A stretch of DNA of 43,658 nucleotides from Thermodesulfobacteriota bacterium (GCA_029246845.1 JAQWMJ010000009.1:1-43658), one strand, 5' to 3'. Numbered from the stretch's first letter, positions 9,838 through 19,410 are shown. The notes: generated by a model not told the origin, from the sequence alone. Numbers and translations: made by a program.

Positions 9838-9909
9838 TACCCCGTAAGGGAATCGAACCCCTATTCCAAGTTTAGGAAACTCGTGTGTTATCCGTTACAC
9901 CAACGAGGC
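9838..9909 (-). tRNA. tRNA-Arg(CCT)
   Basis: Cloverleaf: GCCTCGT/ACGGGGT acceptor stem, CGAGT-TTCCTAA-ACTTG anticodon arm, GGTTCGATTCC T arm; CCA not encoded. Confidence 0.95.
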
Positions 9910-10011
9910 ATTTTATCTTAAATAATGAAAAAAATTCAAAATCCATCCTTTTTATCTTACATAAGAATTAATTAAAATTGTACTCGTTAAATTAATAAAT
10001 TATTATTACTT

Positions 10012-10308
10012 ATGGAATTTTCTAATAAACCTTTCTTCATAACCGTAAATAATAAATTCACCAAGCAATTCTTTAAGGAATATCTTATTGATGGAACAGA
10101 TAAAGATTCTGCAATTCAAACTATTATTGATATTTGTCAGATTGATCCGTTAAGCTACAATATAACTGCAGATGAAGCTTCCTTAGCGCAAGCAAATTCT
10201 TGGATTGAAGATAAATTCCCTAACGGTGACAGTAAGCATCTAGTTATAGACAGTGATAAAAAAATCGCCGAGCTTCTTTACAATCCTATGGGAAATCCTT
10301 ACGGGTAG
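10012..10308 (+). CDS. Hypothetical acidic protein, 98 aa
   Basis: Clean ORF preceded by TTGTAC-N17-TATTAT, which ends 5 nt before the ATG. Confidence 0.8.
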   Translation: MEFSNKPFFITVNNKFTKQFFKEYLIDGTDKDSAIQTIIDICQIDPLSYNITADEASLAQANSWIEDKFPNGDSKHLVIDSDKKIAELLYNPMGNPYG

Positions 10309-10311
10309 AGT

Positions 10312-10461
10312 CTAAAGCTTACTTCTTTTCTTTTTATAGCCCTGCCTAACCTTAAACTTAGGTTCAGCCTTACAAATTACGTAGATTCTTCCACGCCTTT
10401 TAACAACTTGGCAATCTGGATGTCTATCCTTCATGCTTCCAATTGAACTTACAACTTTCAT
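10312..10461 (-). CDS. ykgO: 50S ribosomal protein L36, type B (zinc-independent); not in ORF track
   Basis: Translates [49 protein letters not shown], the YkgO pattern RHPDCQ.V.R.GR.YVICK..P.FK..QG. Confidence 0.95.
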   Translation of the reverse strand: MKVVSSIGSMKDRHPDCQVVKRRGRIYVICKAEPKFKVRQGYKKKRSKL

Positions 10462-10538
10462 AGTCCTTTATTAAAACCTATAAGGTATTTGTTGTCAATC
10501 CTTACAAGAGATTCTTTAAAAAAAGGCTAGGTTCTTTA

Positions 10539-12488
10539 TTAATTTTTATCTAGCTTATAGCTACCCCTTGGAAGGATTGTTAGAATTGAATTGTGGAATT
10601 GCTTGATCTCTTTTCTGTGACCTACGCTTATATAAGAAATGTCTAATTCATCAAGTATTTTATATAAATTTTTCTCATTTTCCATATCAAGAGCACTAGT
10701 TCCTTCATCAAGTATTACAAATTCTGGCTCATTTATTAAGACTCTGGCAAAAGCTAGTCTTTGCTGCTCTCCTACGGACAGCACCCTAGTCCAATCTTTT
10801 ACTTCGTTAACATTATGGTCCTTAACTAACTGTTCAAGACCAACTCTTCTTAAAACTTTATCGATATCCTCGAGATCAAATTCGTCTTTAGAATTAGGAT
10901 AAGAAATCTGTTCTTTTAAAGTGCCGAGCAACATATAGGGTTGCTGCGGTAAGAACATCGTTTTCGATAAACTTGGCTTTTTAATTAATCCAGAGCCAAA
11001 ATCCCATAACCCTGCAACAGACCTTAGAAGTGAGCTTTTGCCTATTCCGCTCTCACCTACTATCATCATTCGATCCCCCTTTTTTAAGGAAAAACTTAAA
11101 TCTTGCACAAGAACTCTTAGTCCGTCAGGTGTTTTAACTGTTACTTTGTCAAATTCCAAAGTACTTGATTCCGCATATCTAATACATGGCTCATTAGACC
11201 TTGAGTTAGCAATTGATGTGAGTGTTTTATCAAAATTTCCAAGCCTAAAAATACTTGCTGAAAAAGCAGATATGCTTTCTATCTGATTTGTAACAATTGA
11301 AAGAGCACCAAATACTTGGAAGAAAGCAATCCAGGCTTGAGTTATAGTACCAAAATCAATCTGTCCTGAAAAATATAAAGGTGCAACCAATAAATAAACT
11401 GGGAATCTCATTAAGTTAGAGTAAGAAAATTGAAAAAGATCTACTATAGACTGCCAGATTATCCATAAGTCATAATTCTTAAGTGCAGAATATAACCTTC
11501 TTAAAATATTCTTAATTTCTTTTTTTTCTCCAGAATAAAAAGCAATTGATTCCGAATTATCTCTTACGTGAATCAGCCCATACCTAAAGTCAGCCTCTAA
11601 TCTTAATTGATTATAATAAATTTTAATCATCTTTTTGCCGGTATATATAGCTACCCAAGTACCCAACCCAACATAGACCAGCAATCCGATCGTTAGAGTC
11701 TTAGAAATTGACCATAAAATTGCGCTAAATGCAGTAACAGTCAGAATAGCTTGGAGAATATCAATTAGAAAATTAAGTGTAACCATAGTAAAATTCTTAA
11801 TATCTTCAGATATCCTCTGGTCAGGATTATCAATATCAGAATTTTGTGCGTTAGAATCAAGCAAATAATAGGCTCTATTCTTAAAATATCTTTCTATGAA
11901 ATTATTTGTTAACCATTCTCTCCAATATCTTCCAAACTTAAGTCGAGTAAATCGATATAATGAAATTATAGGTAGAGCAATTAAAACTATAAGGCCATAA
12001 ACCCAAAGAAAGTCCCAAAAGGCATTCTCATTTCTAACATTAAGAGATGTGTCCAGAAATCTAAAAATATAACTTAGCGATACATTTAGCCCTGTAACAC
12101 AAAATAGTAAAATTAATATGACAATAATTAGTAGCCAAGGTTTCATTTTGTCCTTGATGTAATAATAATTATATTTAAAAAGCAGGATTGAAATACAAAT
12201 TACAGTTAATGAAACAATTGAAAGATTTGTTGATTTTAAATCCTCAACATACAACTTAAAATTTGGCGCAACATCAGTCATAAAAACTGGATAAAAGTAT
12301 TGAATTATCGCACCTATGCTTATTATTCCAAAGTAGCAAATAGACATTACAAATAATATTGAAGAGACAAGCAATACAATTAATCTTAAAGATGAGTTTG
12401 GCGCATTTAATGGAAAGAAGTAAGGCTGAGCAATGCTAACAAATCTATCTAACAGTTCCTTGTTGAATCTAAAATTTTCATTAGCCAT
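10539..12488 (-). CDS. Fused ABC transporter permease/ATPase (ABCD/YddA/BacA-like family)
   Basis: DNPDQRISED, EADFRYGL..RDNSESIAFYSGE, Walker A GESGIGKS, LSVGEQQR, LDEGTSALD, SVGHR. Confidence 0.9.
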   Translation of the reverse strand: MANENFRFNKELLDRFVSIAQPYFFPLNAPNSSLRLIVLLVSSILFVMSICYFGIISIGAIIQYFYPVFMTDVAPNFKLYVEDLKSTNLSIVSLTVICISILLFKYNYYYIKDKMKPWLLIIVILILLFCVTGLNVSLSYIFRFLDTSLNVRNENAFWDFLWVYGLIVLIALPIISLYRFTRLKFGRYWREWLTNNFIERYFKNRAYYLLDSNAQNSDIDNPDQRISEDIKNFTMVTLNFLIDILQAILTVTAFSAILWSISKTLTIGLLVYVGLGTWVAIYTGKKMIKIYYNQLRLEADFRYGLIHVRDNSESIAFYSGEKKEIKNILRRLYSALKNYDLWIIWQSIVDLFQFSYSNLMRFPVYLLVAPLYFSGQIDFGTITQAWIAFFQVFGALSIVTNQIESISAFSASIFRLGNFDKTLTSIANSRSNEPCIRYAESSTLEFDKVTVKTPDGLRVLVQDLSFSLKKGDRMMIVGESGIGKSSLLRSVAGLWDFGSGLIKKPSLSKTMFLPQQPYMLLGTLKEQISYPNSKDEFDLEDIDKVLRRVGLEQLVKDHNVNEVKDWTRVLSVGEQQRLAFARVLINEPEFVILDEGTSALDMENEKNLYKILDELDISYISVGHRKEIKQFHNSILTILPRGSYKLDKN

Positions 12489-12496
12489 ATGTAATA

Positions 12497-13330
12497 TTAA
12501 TTGATTATCTTATTGTTTTCATTATTTAAATCTCTAAGGGTATATCTATAAATTATAAAAAATAAGAAAAATAAAACAAAAGATAATAATTGTCCCATAT
12601 TTATATATTGCAAGAATATGTCGGACTGACTTTGTTTAAAGAATTCCAAAAAGAATCTTCCTATTATTGTCAAAGAAACAATGTATAAAGCAGTAGTGCC
12701 AATCCTTCTAGGGGTTTTAGTTAGATAAATTACAAAAGAAAAGAATAATAATAGATAAAAAATAGCTTCATATAGCTGCACAGCATGTCTGGGCATGATG
12801 TCATAGCCAGATGAAGGAAATATGATGCAGAAGACGTAAGAACATTGCTTTCCAATTATTTCAGAATTAAACAAGTTTCCAATTCTTATTAATGAAATAA
12901 AAATAAGCGAGTTTAAGATAAGAGAATCCAGAAACTTTGAAAAAGTTCTAATATTAATTTTTTTTCTTACTACAAAAAATAGATAGACGATGGCTCCAGT
13001 AAAGCCACCATGGCTGGATAAACCCTGAAAACCAATAAATTCATAAGTACTTAAACGAATTGGAATAAAAATCTCAAGTAAATTATTTGAGTAATATGCA
13101 TACTCATATAGAAGGCAGTGGAAGATTCTAGAACCAATAAGCATATAAAGAACCAAACTAAAAAATGTTTTATCAATAAAATCTTTATCTAAATCTTTTT
13201 CTAAATCTTTGCTTAGCTTATAAAGTAAGTAAAATAAACCGGCTCCGAATAATAACGAATAGTACCTAATCGAAATAAAATCTGAGGTATATAAAAATGG
13301 TGAGGGGTCCCAAACAAAGAAGCTCGACAT
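12497..13330 (-). CDS. lgt: Prolipoprotein diacylglyceryl transferase
   Basis: IRYYSLLF, GLSSHGG, RIGNLFNSEIIG, RHAVQLYEA, RFFLEFFK, MGQLLS. Confidence 0.93.
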   Translation of the reverse strand: MSSFFVWDPSPFLYTSDFISIRYYSLLFGAGLFYLLYKLSKDLEKDLDKDFIDKTFFSLVLYMLIGSRIFHCLLYEYAYYSNNLLEIFIPIRLSTYEFIGFQGLSSHGGFTGAIVYLFFVVRKKINIRTFSKFLDSLILNSLIFISLIRIGNLFNSEIIGKQCSYVFCIIFPSSGYDIMPRHAVQLYEAIFYLLLFFSFVIYLTKTPRRIGTTALYIVSLTIIGRFFLEFFKQSQSDIFLQYINMGQLLSFVLFFLFFIIYRYTLRDLNNENNKIIN

Positions 13331-13825
13331 CTACAAGTTCTCTTTTAGCTCAATTTCAAATCTTTTTTCCTCTAAGGCTTGTCTTTTTCTGATCTCAGCT
13401 CCAATTTTATTATTTTTTTCTTCTTTCTCAGTCATTATTTCTAATACAGGGACCTCTGTAGGCTTTCCTACTGAATCCATGGCTACAAAAACAAAATAAG
13501 CTCTGGCGCAAACTTCTTTAGTCTCATCATAACCCTCTCGTGTTACCTTTGTTTTAATAACCATAGAAGTCTTTCCCGTATAGATCACCCTAGAGTTAAA
13601 CTCAATTATGTCTCCTCTGTTTATAGCTTTGTTAAACTGCATATCTTCAATTGAGGCTGTTACAGCTTTATGGCTCGCGAATCTTCGCGCGCAAATTCCC
13701 CCTACCATATCCATCATTTCGATTAATCTACCGCCATACATTGTTCCATAATCATTGGTGTCACTAGGAAAAACCATAATGCTACTTGTTGCTTCTGTAG
13801 ACTTCTTTTTTAATCTATCCGACAT
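13331..13825 (-). CDS. Acyl-CoA thioesterase (hotdog fold, YciA-like)
   Basis: P.DTN.YGTMYGG.L...MD, VTAS, TGKTSM, FVFVAMD; GAGGTG SD. Confidence 0.9.
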   Translation of the reverse strand: MSDRLKKKSTEATSSIMVFPSDTNDYGTMYGGRLIEMMDMVGGICARRFASHKAVTASIEDMQFNKAINRGDIIEFNSRVIYTGKTSMVIKTKVTREGYDETKEVCARAYFVFVAMDSVGKPTEVPVLEIMTEKEEKNNKIGAEIRKRQALEEKRFEIELKENL

Positions 13826-13920
13826 ATCTCACCTCATTTTTTTAAATATAGTAACAATTTATAACATATAATAAAAAATTTTAACCTTTTTAATTGTTTT
13901 TTAACAATTATAATAAAGAG

Positions 13921-14766
13921 ATGAAAAAATTTACAAGTACTGCAAATTATATTGCTACACCCGATTTAGAACTTGCCGTTAATGCTGCTATAAGTTTAGA
14001 AAAACCATTACTTATCAAGGGGGAGCCTGGTACAGGCAAGACTTTGCTAGCAGAAGAAATAGCAAAATCTATTAATACAGAAATAATTAAATGGCATATC
14101 AAATCAACCACTAAGGCTCAGCAAGGCCTATATGAGTATGACGCAATAACAAGACTTAGGGATTCTCAACTAGGAGATTCTAGAATTGAAGATATATCAA
14201 ACTATATTATTAAAGGAAAACTATGGGAAGCTTTTCAAGCTGACAAAAGAATTGTTCTTTTAATTGACGAAATTGATAAAGCTGATATTGAATTTCCAAA
14301 TGACTTATTGCTAGAACTAGATAAAATGGAGTTCTTTGTTTATGAGACTAAAGAGAATATTTCTGCAAAAAATAGGCCTATAGTCATCATAACAAGTAAT
14401 AATGAAAAAGAATTACCTGATGCATTCTTAAGAAGATGTATCTTCCATTATATTAATTTTCCAGAACGAGATGTAATGGAACAAATAGTAAATGTTCACT
14501 TTCCTAAGATTAAGAAGAAACTTCTATCTGAGGCTTTAGATGTATTCTTTGAATTAAGAGAAGTGCCAGGGCTTAAAAAGAACCCTTCCACCTCTGAGTT
14601 AATTGATTGGATAAAACTACTACTCTCCGATGATATACCTAAAGATATTCTTCATGAAAGAGATGAAAACAAGGCTATTCCACCTCTCCATGGAGCTCTA
14701 ATAAAAAACGAGCAAGACGTTCAAATGCTAGAAAGGCTTAGATTTATGCTTAGAAGAGGCAAGTAG
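13921..14766 (+). CDS. MoxR-family AAA+ ATPase
   Basis: KGEPGTGKT, LLIDEIDKAD, TSNNEKELPDAFLRRC; start taken at ATG 13921. Confidence 0.93.
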   Translation: MKKFTSTANYIATPDLELAVNAAISLEKPLLIKGEPGTGKTLLAEEIAKSINTEIIKWHIKSTTKAQQGLYEYDAITRLRDSQLGDSRIEDISNYIIKGKLWEAFQADKRIVLLIDEIDKADIEFPNDLLLELDKMEFFVYETKENISAKNRPIVIITSNNEKELPDAFLRRCIFHYINFPERDVMEQIVNVHFPKIKKKLLSEALDVFFELREVPGLKKNPSTSELIDWIKLLLSDDIPKDILHERDENKAIPPLHGALIKNEQDVQMLERLRFMLRRGK

Positions 14767-15944
14767 TGTTAATAGATTTTTTTTTAACTTTAAAAAAATC
14801 TGGAATTAAAACAACTCTAAAAGAGCTCTTAGATCTAATAAAGGCTCTTCAACTAGGAGTTATAAAGTTCAAGACGGAAGACTTCTACTATCTTAGTAGA
14901 TCTATAATGGTAAAAGATGAAAAATACTTCGATCGGTTTGATAGAGCTTTTTCAATTTTTTTTAATGGCATATCTGACTTAGATTTAGAATTTCTTCAAA
15001 ACGAAATACCTGAGGAATGGTTAAGGAAGCAATTCGAAAAGACACTGTCAAAGGAAGATAGAGATAAGATTAAATCTTTGAAAGACTTAGAAGAGTTGAT
15101 GAAAAAATTTATGGAAACTTTTAACGAACAAAGAGAAAGACACCAAGGGGGGGACAAATGGATAGGAACAGGAGGAACTTCTCCTTATGGTGCTTATGGA
15201 AGTAACCCTTTTGGTATTAGAGTTGGACAAGAGGGAAATAGAAATTTTTCAGCTGCTAAAGTTTGGGACAAAAGAAAATATATAAACCTAGATGATGATG
15301 TTGAGATAGGGACGAGAAATATAAAAGTTGTACTAAAAAAACTTAGGAAATTTACCAGAGTACCTGGAGACGAGGAGTTAGATATAGATCAGACGATAAG
15401 AAAGACCGCCGATAATGGTGGCTTTGTGGACATTAGACTCAAGCCTGAAAGAAAGAATCAAGTAAAAGTTCTATTATTCTTCGATGTTGGTGGTTCAATG
15501 GATCCATACATCAGACTTTGTGAAGAATTATTCTCTGCAGCCAAATATGAGTTTAGAAATATGGAATATTTTTATTTTCATAACTTTGTTTATGAGGGTG
15601 TTTGGAGAAATAACGAAAGAAGAGAAGAAGTTATAAATTTAGACGACATAATAAATAAATACAGTAGTGATTATAAAATAATATTTGTTGGTGATGCTTC
15701 GATGGGCATATATGAAATAACACATATCAATGGGTCAATTGAACACTATAATGATAAACCCGGAGAATCCTACTTTAAAAGAATTCATAATCACTTTGAT
15801 AAACTTGTATGGTTAAATCCTATTCCCAAGGAAGACTGGGACTACTCTCAATCTATTGACTATACCAGGTTCTTAACCGAGAATAAAATGTATAACTTTA
15901 CTATAGATGGTGTAAACCAAGCTATAAGATACTTGTCAAAATAA
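14766..15944 (+). CDS. VWA-domain protein (CoxE-like), MoxR partner
   Basis: MIDAS-like DVGGSM, WIGTGGTSPYG, FVGDASM, VWLNP; GTG start overlaps the MoxR stop. Confidence 0.9.
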   Translation: MLIDFFLTLKKSGIKTTLKELLDLIKALQLGVIKFKTEDFYYLSRSIMVKDEKYFDRFDRAFSIFFNGISDLDLEFLQNEIPEEWLRKQFEKTLSKEDRDKIKSLKDLEELMKKFMETFNEQRERHQGGDKWIGTGGTSPYGAYGSNPFGIRVGQEGNRNFSAAKVWDKRKYINLDDDVEIGTRNIKVVLKKLRKFTRVPGDEELDIDQTIRKTADNGGFVDIRLKPERKNQVKVLLFFDVGGSMDPYIRLCEELFSAAKYEFRNMEYFYFHNFVYEGVWRNNERREEVINLDDIINKYSSDYKIIFVGDASMGIYEITHINGSIEHYNDKPGESYFKRIHNHFDKLVWLNPIPKEDWDYSQSIDYTRFLTENKMYNFTIDGVNQAIRYLSK

Positions 15945-15946
15945 TA

Positions 15947-16318
15947 TTAATCTTTCGTGAATTTGAGAATTATATAGATAAGAATACCGCTCAAGCAAAC
16001 ATTGAGGAGAATATAGGATGTCGCTAAAAGATAATTCTTTTGATTTATCATTGCTATGAATTCGTAGCTAAAGGTTGAGAAAGTTGTGAGTGATCCTAGA
16101 AAGCCAACCACAAAAAGCAATCTAAGACTATCCTTAATCTGAAAATAATCACTAAACAAGTAAAAGAGTCCAATAAGAAGAGAACCAAGAACGTTAACTA
16201 TCAGTGTAGCAATATACGGCTTATTTGGGATTGCAGTAGATAGCCAAACCCCAGACATGTATCTTATGATTGCCCCTATAGCTCCACCTACCCCAACGGT
16301 TAGTATTAAACTAATCAT
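15947..16318 (-). CDS. crcB: Fluoride efflux channel FluC/CrcB
   Basis: GGAIGA..RY, TL.VNVLGS, GFLGSLTTFSTF..E. Confidence 0.95.
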   Translation of the reverse strand: MISLILTVGVGGAIGAIIRYMSGVWLSTAIPNKPYIATLIVNVLGSLLIGLFYLFSDYFQIKDSLRLLFVVGFLGSLTTFSTFSYEFIAMINQKNYLLATSYILLNVCLSGILIYIILKFTKD

Positions 16319-17232
16319 ACATGTAGCTCCGTTATCGAAATCATATCTTTACTAAAAAGTTCAGGACTTTTATCTTTCAATGCAAACACGTCCTCGTAAA
16401 TGGAATAAATTTGCTTCCAGTCAGCGGGTAGCTTAATTCTTGGCTCATTCCTAGAAGGCTTCAATTTATTATGCTCCCATGCGATATATGATGCAACAAC
16501 TAGATCAAGATTTTGGTAATTAAAACTAGTTTTAAATATGATGCTTGAAGGCGTTTCCTTCTTCTTATATATAGACCTGAACACTTTAATCCAATGAGAT
16601 TCTTTCTTCTTTAAGCTTCCCTCTAGCTTTACATCTCTTTCATGCTGAAATAACTTTTCCCTTAATGTATCAAAATATTTTAAAAATAAAGACGGGGTAT
16701 CAGGATTAAAAGTTAATTTTAGTTTCTTGTCACCATTATAATAATGAACTAATCCATTTTTATATGGCCAATATCCGAATATTGGCATCCTATTGCTTAT
16801 GATTTTATTTACAGTGTTAAGGTAATAATTAACTATCTTTGATGAAGACTCATCGAGTTCTTTTGTAAATAGCATTAGTCTCCAATACATAATTGCCTTA
16901 CATACTAATTCTTTTTCTATAGGAAATTCATGATCATTTTTAAAATCCCAATCTTCAAGGGTATAAAAGAAATACTTAGGCTGCCTTGTTTCAAGAAAAT
17001 CTATAAGTGAAGGAATTCGACATGTCAGAGGATTAGCAAGATTTGGAGGGTAGAAATCCTTCAAACTGCCCCATTTATACCTAATTCTTCCTTGAACTGG
17101 CGTTCTGGGCTGAATCTTCCATCCCAGCTGAAAAGAGCCCTTCTTGTAGCCCTTATGTCTTCCATAGCGCTTAGCATGTTCTCTCTCTAGATCTTTCTTC
17201 TCAATCCTGGAATGAAGTTTAAAAATGGTCAT
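16315..17232 (-). CDS. Hypothetical protein, YWR-family member 1 (long)
   Basis: 305-aa ORF; close paralog of 17280-18218. Confidence 0.9.
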   Translation of the reverse strand: MTIFKLHSRIEKKDLEREHAKRYGRHKGYKKGSFQLGWKIQPRTPVQGRIRYKWGSLKDFYPPNLANPLTCRIPSLIDFLETRQPKYFFYTLEDWDFKNDHEFPIEKELVCKAIMYWRLMLFTKELDESSSKIVNYYLNTVNKIISNRMPIFGYWPYKNGLVHYYNGDKKLKLTFNPDTPSLFLKYFDTLREKLFQHERDVKLEGSLKKKESHWIKVFRSIYKKKETPSSIIFKTSFNYQNLDLVVASYIAWEHNKLKPSRNEPRIKLPADWKQIYSIYEDVFALKDKSPELFSKDMISITELHV

Positions 17233-17279
17233 TAAACAGATTCTACTATATCTTTAAAATAAAATTAAGGGCTTTTAAG

Positions 17280-18218
17280 TTAATCAGCCTTCGTAACTGA
17301 GATTATCTCTTCTTTAAAAAGTTCAGGACTTTTATTTTTTAAAAAGACTAATTCCTTGTAAGTAGAATACACTTGCTTCCAATTGGCGAGAAGCTTCATC
17401 TTTGGCTCATCTTTTGAAGGCTTAAAATTGTTATGCTCCCAAGCAATATAAGAAGCTACTACGAGGTTAAGATTTTGATAATTAAAGCTCGTTTTAAATA
17501 CCGCAGCATTGGGTATTTCTTTCTTGTCAAAAACAGATTTAATAACTTTAATCCAATAAATTTCTTTCTTTTGAAGGTTTGTCTCTAGCTTTACATCTCT
17601 TTCGTGTTGTAACAATTTTTTAACTAGATTGTTAAAATAATTATAAAATAAGAAAGGAGCAGAAGGATTATATGTGATTGAATAGGATTTACTTTTTTTA
17701 TCACTAAAAATATGTTGACTATCATGCTTATAGAAATGTACAAGTCCATTCCTATAAGGCCAATATCCGAATATTGGCATACGACTTGAGATAATCTTAT
17801 TGGCAGTATTTAAATAATACTTAACTATCTTTGCTTCTTGGCCTTCTATCTCCCCAATAAAGAGGATTAGACGCCAATACATCAAAGTCTTATGAACTAG
17901 TTCTTTCTCGACAGGAAATTTATCATCACTTTTAAAATCCCAATCCTCTAGTGTATAAAAAAAAAATTTAGGCTGTCTTGTCTCAAGAAAGTCTATCAGG
18001 GAAGGAATACGACAAGTTAAAGGATTAGCTAAATTTGGAGGATATAAATCTTTTAAGTTACCCCACCTATACCTAGGTCTACCTTTTGAAGGTGTTCTTG
18101 CTTCAAAAAAGAGTCTAGTTGGCGCATATTCACCTTTCTTCCTCTTTACGACCTTAGCGTTCTTATCTAATTCTTTTTTTCTTTTTAATGAACCTATATG
18201 TTGCCTAAAAATTGACAT
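17280..18218 (-). CDS. Hypothetical protein, YWR-family member 2 (long)
   Basis: 312-aa ORF sharing YPPNLANPLTCRIPSLIDFLETRQPK and RMPIFGYWPY with its neighbour. Confidence 0.9.
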   Translation of the reverse strand: MSIFRQHIGSLKRKKELDKNAKVVKRKKGEYAPTRLFFEARTPSKGRPRYRWGNLKDLYPPNLANPLTCRIPSLIDFLETRQPKFFFYTLEDWDFKSDDKFPVEKELVHKTLMYWRLILFIGEIEGQEAKIVKYYLNTANKIISSRMPIFGYWPYRNGLVHFYKHDSQHIFSDKKSKSYSITYNPSAPFLFYNYFNNLVKKLLQHERDVKLETNLQKKEIYWIKVIKSVFDKKEIPNAAVFKTSFNYQNLNLVVASYIAWEHNNFKPSKDEPKMKLLANWKQVYSTYKELVFLKNKSPELFKEEIISVTKAD

Positions 18219-18248
18219 AATTAATTTTACTATAAAAGTAGAGTGTAT

Positions 18249-18617
18249 TTAAAATTTTTTAAGTGTAAGTGAAACAGAATTAATACAATACCTTAGCCCT
18301 GTAGGCTGAGGACCATCATTAAAAACATGCCCAAGGTGTGACCCACACTCTTTGCAACTGACTTCAACTCTTATCATCATATCAGAAGTATCTTCTTTCA
18401 ATTCTACATTCTCACTTTTAATACAGTCATAAAAACTGGGCCATCCCGTTCCAGAATCAAACTTTTCTTCAGAAGCAAATAACTCATTACCACAGCAAAT
18501 ACACTTGTAAATTCCCTCGGACTTTTCATCATTGTAGGCACCGCTAAAAGGGGGTTCAGTGCCACATTCTTGAGTAACATGATATTCCATTTTAGTTAGT
18601 TTATCCTTCAAGCTCAT
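18249..18617 (-). CDS. msrB: Peptide-methionine (R)-S-oxide reductase
   Basis: GTEPPF, KFDSGTGWPSF, HLGHVFNDGP, RYCINS; two CxxC zinc motifs. Confidence 0.97.
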   Translation of the reverse strand: MSLKDKLTKMEYHVTQECGTEPPFSGAYNDEKSEGIYKCICCGNELFASEEKFDSGTGWPSFYDCIKSENVELKEDTSDMMIRVEVSCKECGSHLGHVFNDGPQPTGLRYCINSVSLTLKKF

Positions 18618-18985
18618 AATTTTATCCCCAATTCTTTAGCCAGAAAATTTATTATATCTTTAGATTCGTAGAGCCATTGCGAATTCTTACCTTCGGTGGG
18701 AATAACTAAGCATGGAACTTGGAGTTTCCCTCCACCTGAAATTAATTCATCTGCATAGTCCTTATTTTTCCTGGCATCCTTAGTTGTGATAATTATATTA
18801 TTTCTTTTCATAAATCTTCTAACTCGGACACAAAAAGGACAAGCCCTAAATTCATACATAACCATACTTGAGGTAAAAGTGCTTATCCTTAATCTTTCTT
18901 CTTCGGAAATCGAAATTGGAGCAGGTGTGGTAATCCAATCTATAAAAAGAATAATTCTTCCTAATATAAATCTAATAATTCTCAT
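18614..18985 (-). CDS. Glutaredoxin / GST N-terminal-like protein
   Basis: CPFC, GGKLQVPCL, WLYESKDII. Confidence 0.88.
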   Translation of the reverse strand: MRIIRFILGRIILFIDWITTPAPISISEEERLRISTFTSSMVMYEFRACPFCVRVRRFMKRNNIIITTKDARKNKDYADELISGGGKLQVPCLVIPTEGKNSQWLYESKDIINFLAKELGIKL

Positions 18986-19410
18986 TTATCGTCTCCTGGT
19001 ACAGATGCTAAGGCCAAACCAATATTCTTTAAAAGAATTGAGGCTTCAGCAGACATTTTCTCGTCATTATCTAGAATTAAATTTCTCCAATATATAATTG
19101 TATCTGCAAAGATTGTCTCAACCAAAGGGCTAGAGGAAGCTGAGTCGTCAGCAGAATTCCATGTCTCTAATGCTAGAAAGAAATAACCAGGAAGTTTCTT
19201 GTTTAAGAACTTGGCTAGATATGGATTTCGTCTTGCAAAAGATTCCCAGTCTTTTATTTCCATTGTTCTTATCTCTTTTGGAAATAAATCAACTCTATCA
19301 AATAATTCATACTTCTTCATAAAAGATGTAGCATTTTTTTCATTAATTACTTGTCTCCCAACTTGAGATCTAGTATTTATGTTTGAATCAAGAATTTTAG
19401 ATTGAGCCAT
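18982..19410 (-). CDS. Hypothetical protein, YWR-family member 3 (short)
   Basis: PYLAKFLNKKLPGYFFLALETW...TIIYWRNLIL aligns by eye with members 1 and 2. Confidence 0.85.
   Translation of the reverse strand: MAQSKILDSNINTRSQVGRQVINEKNATSFMKKYELFDRVDLFPKEIRTMEIKDWESFARRNPYLAKFLNKKLPGYFFLALETWNSADDSASSSPLVETIFADTIIYWRNLILDNDEKMSAEASILLKNIGLALASVPGDDK

Noticed and set aside
9838..9909. tRNA-Arg(CCT) as an island integration site
   Set aside because: No integrase in the window and no duplicated tRNA 3' end seen; its 3' side leads straight into ihfB
13921..15944. MoxR-VWA pair as a novel system
   Set aside because: Well-known, widespread chaperone pair; no client gene evident, and it is convergent with the unknown cluster
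16319..16400. Fluoride riboswitch upstream of crcB
   Set aside because: crcB overlaps the upstream CDS, so there is no leader, and I see no riboswitch consensus
17957..17966. A10 homopolymer in family member 2 as a phase-variation tract
   Set aside because: The ORF is intact (Phe-rich codons) and similar runs occur in gyrB and pheS; expected at this AT content
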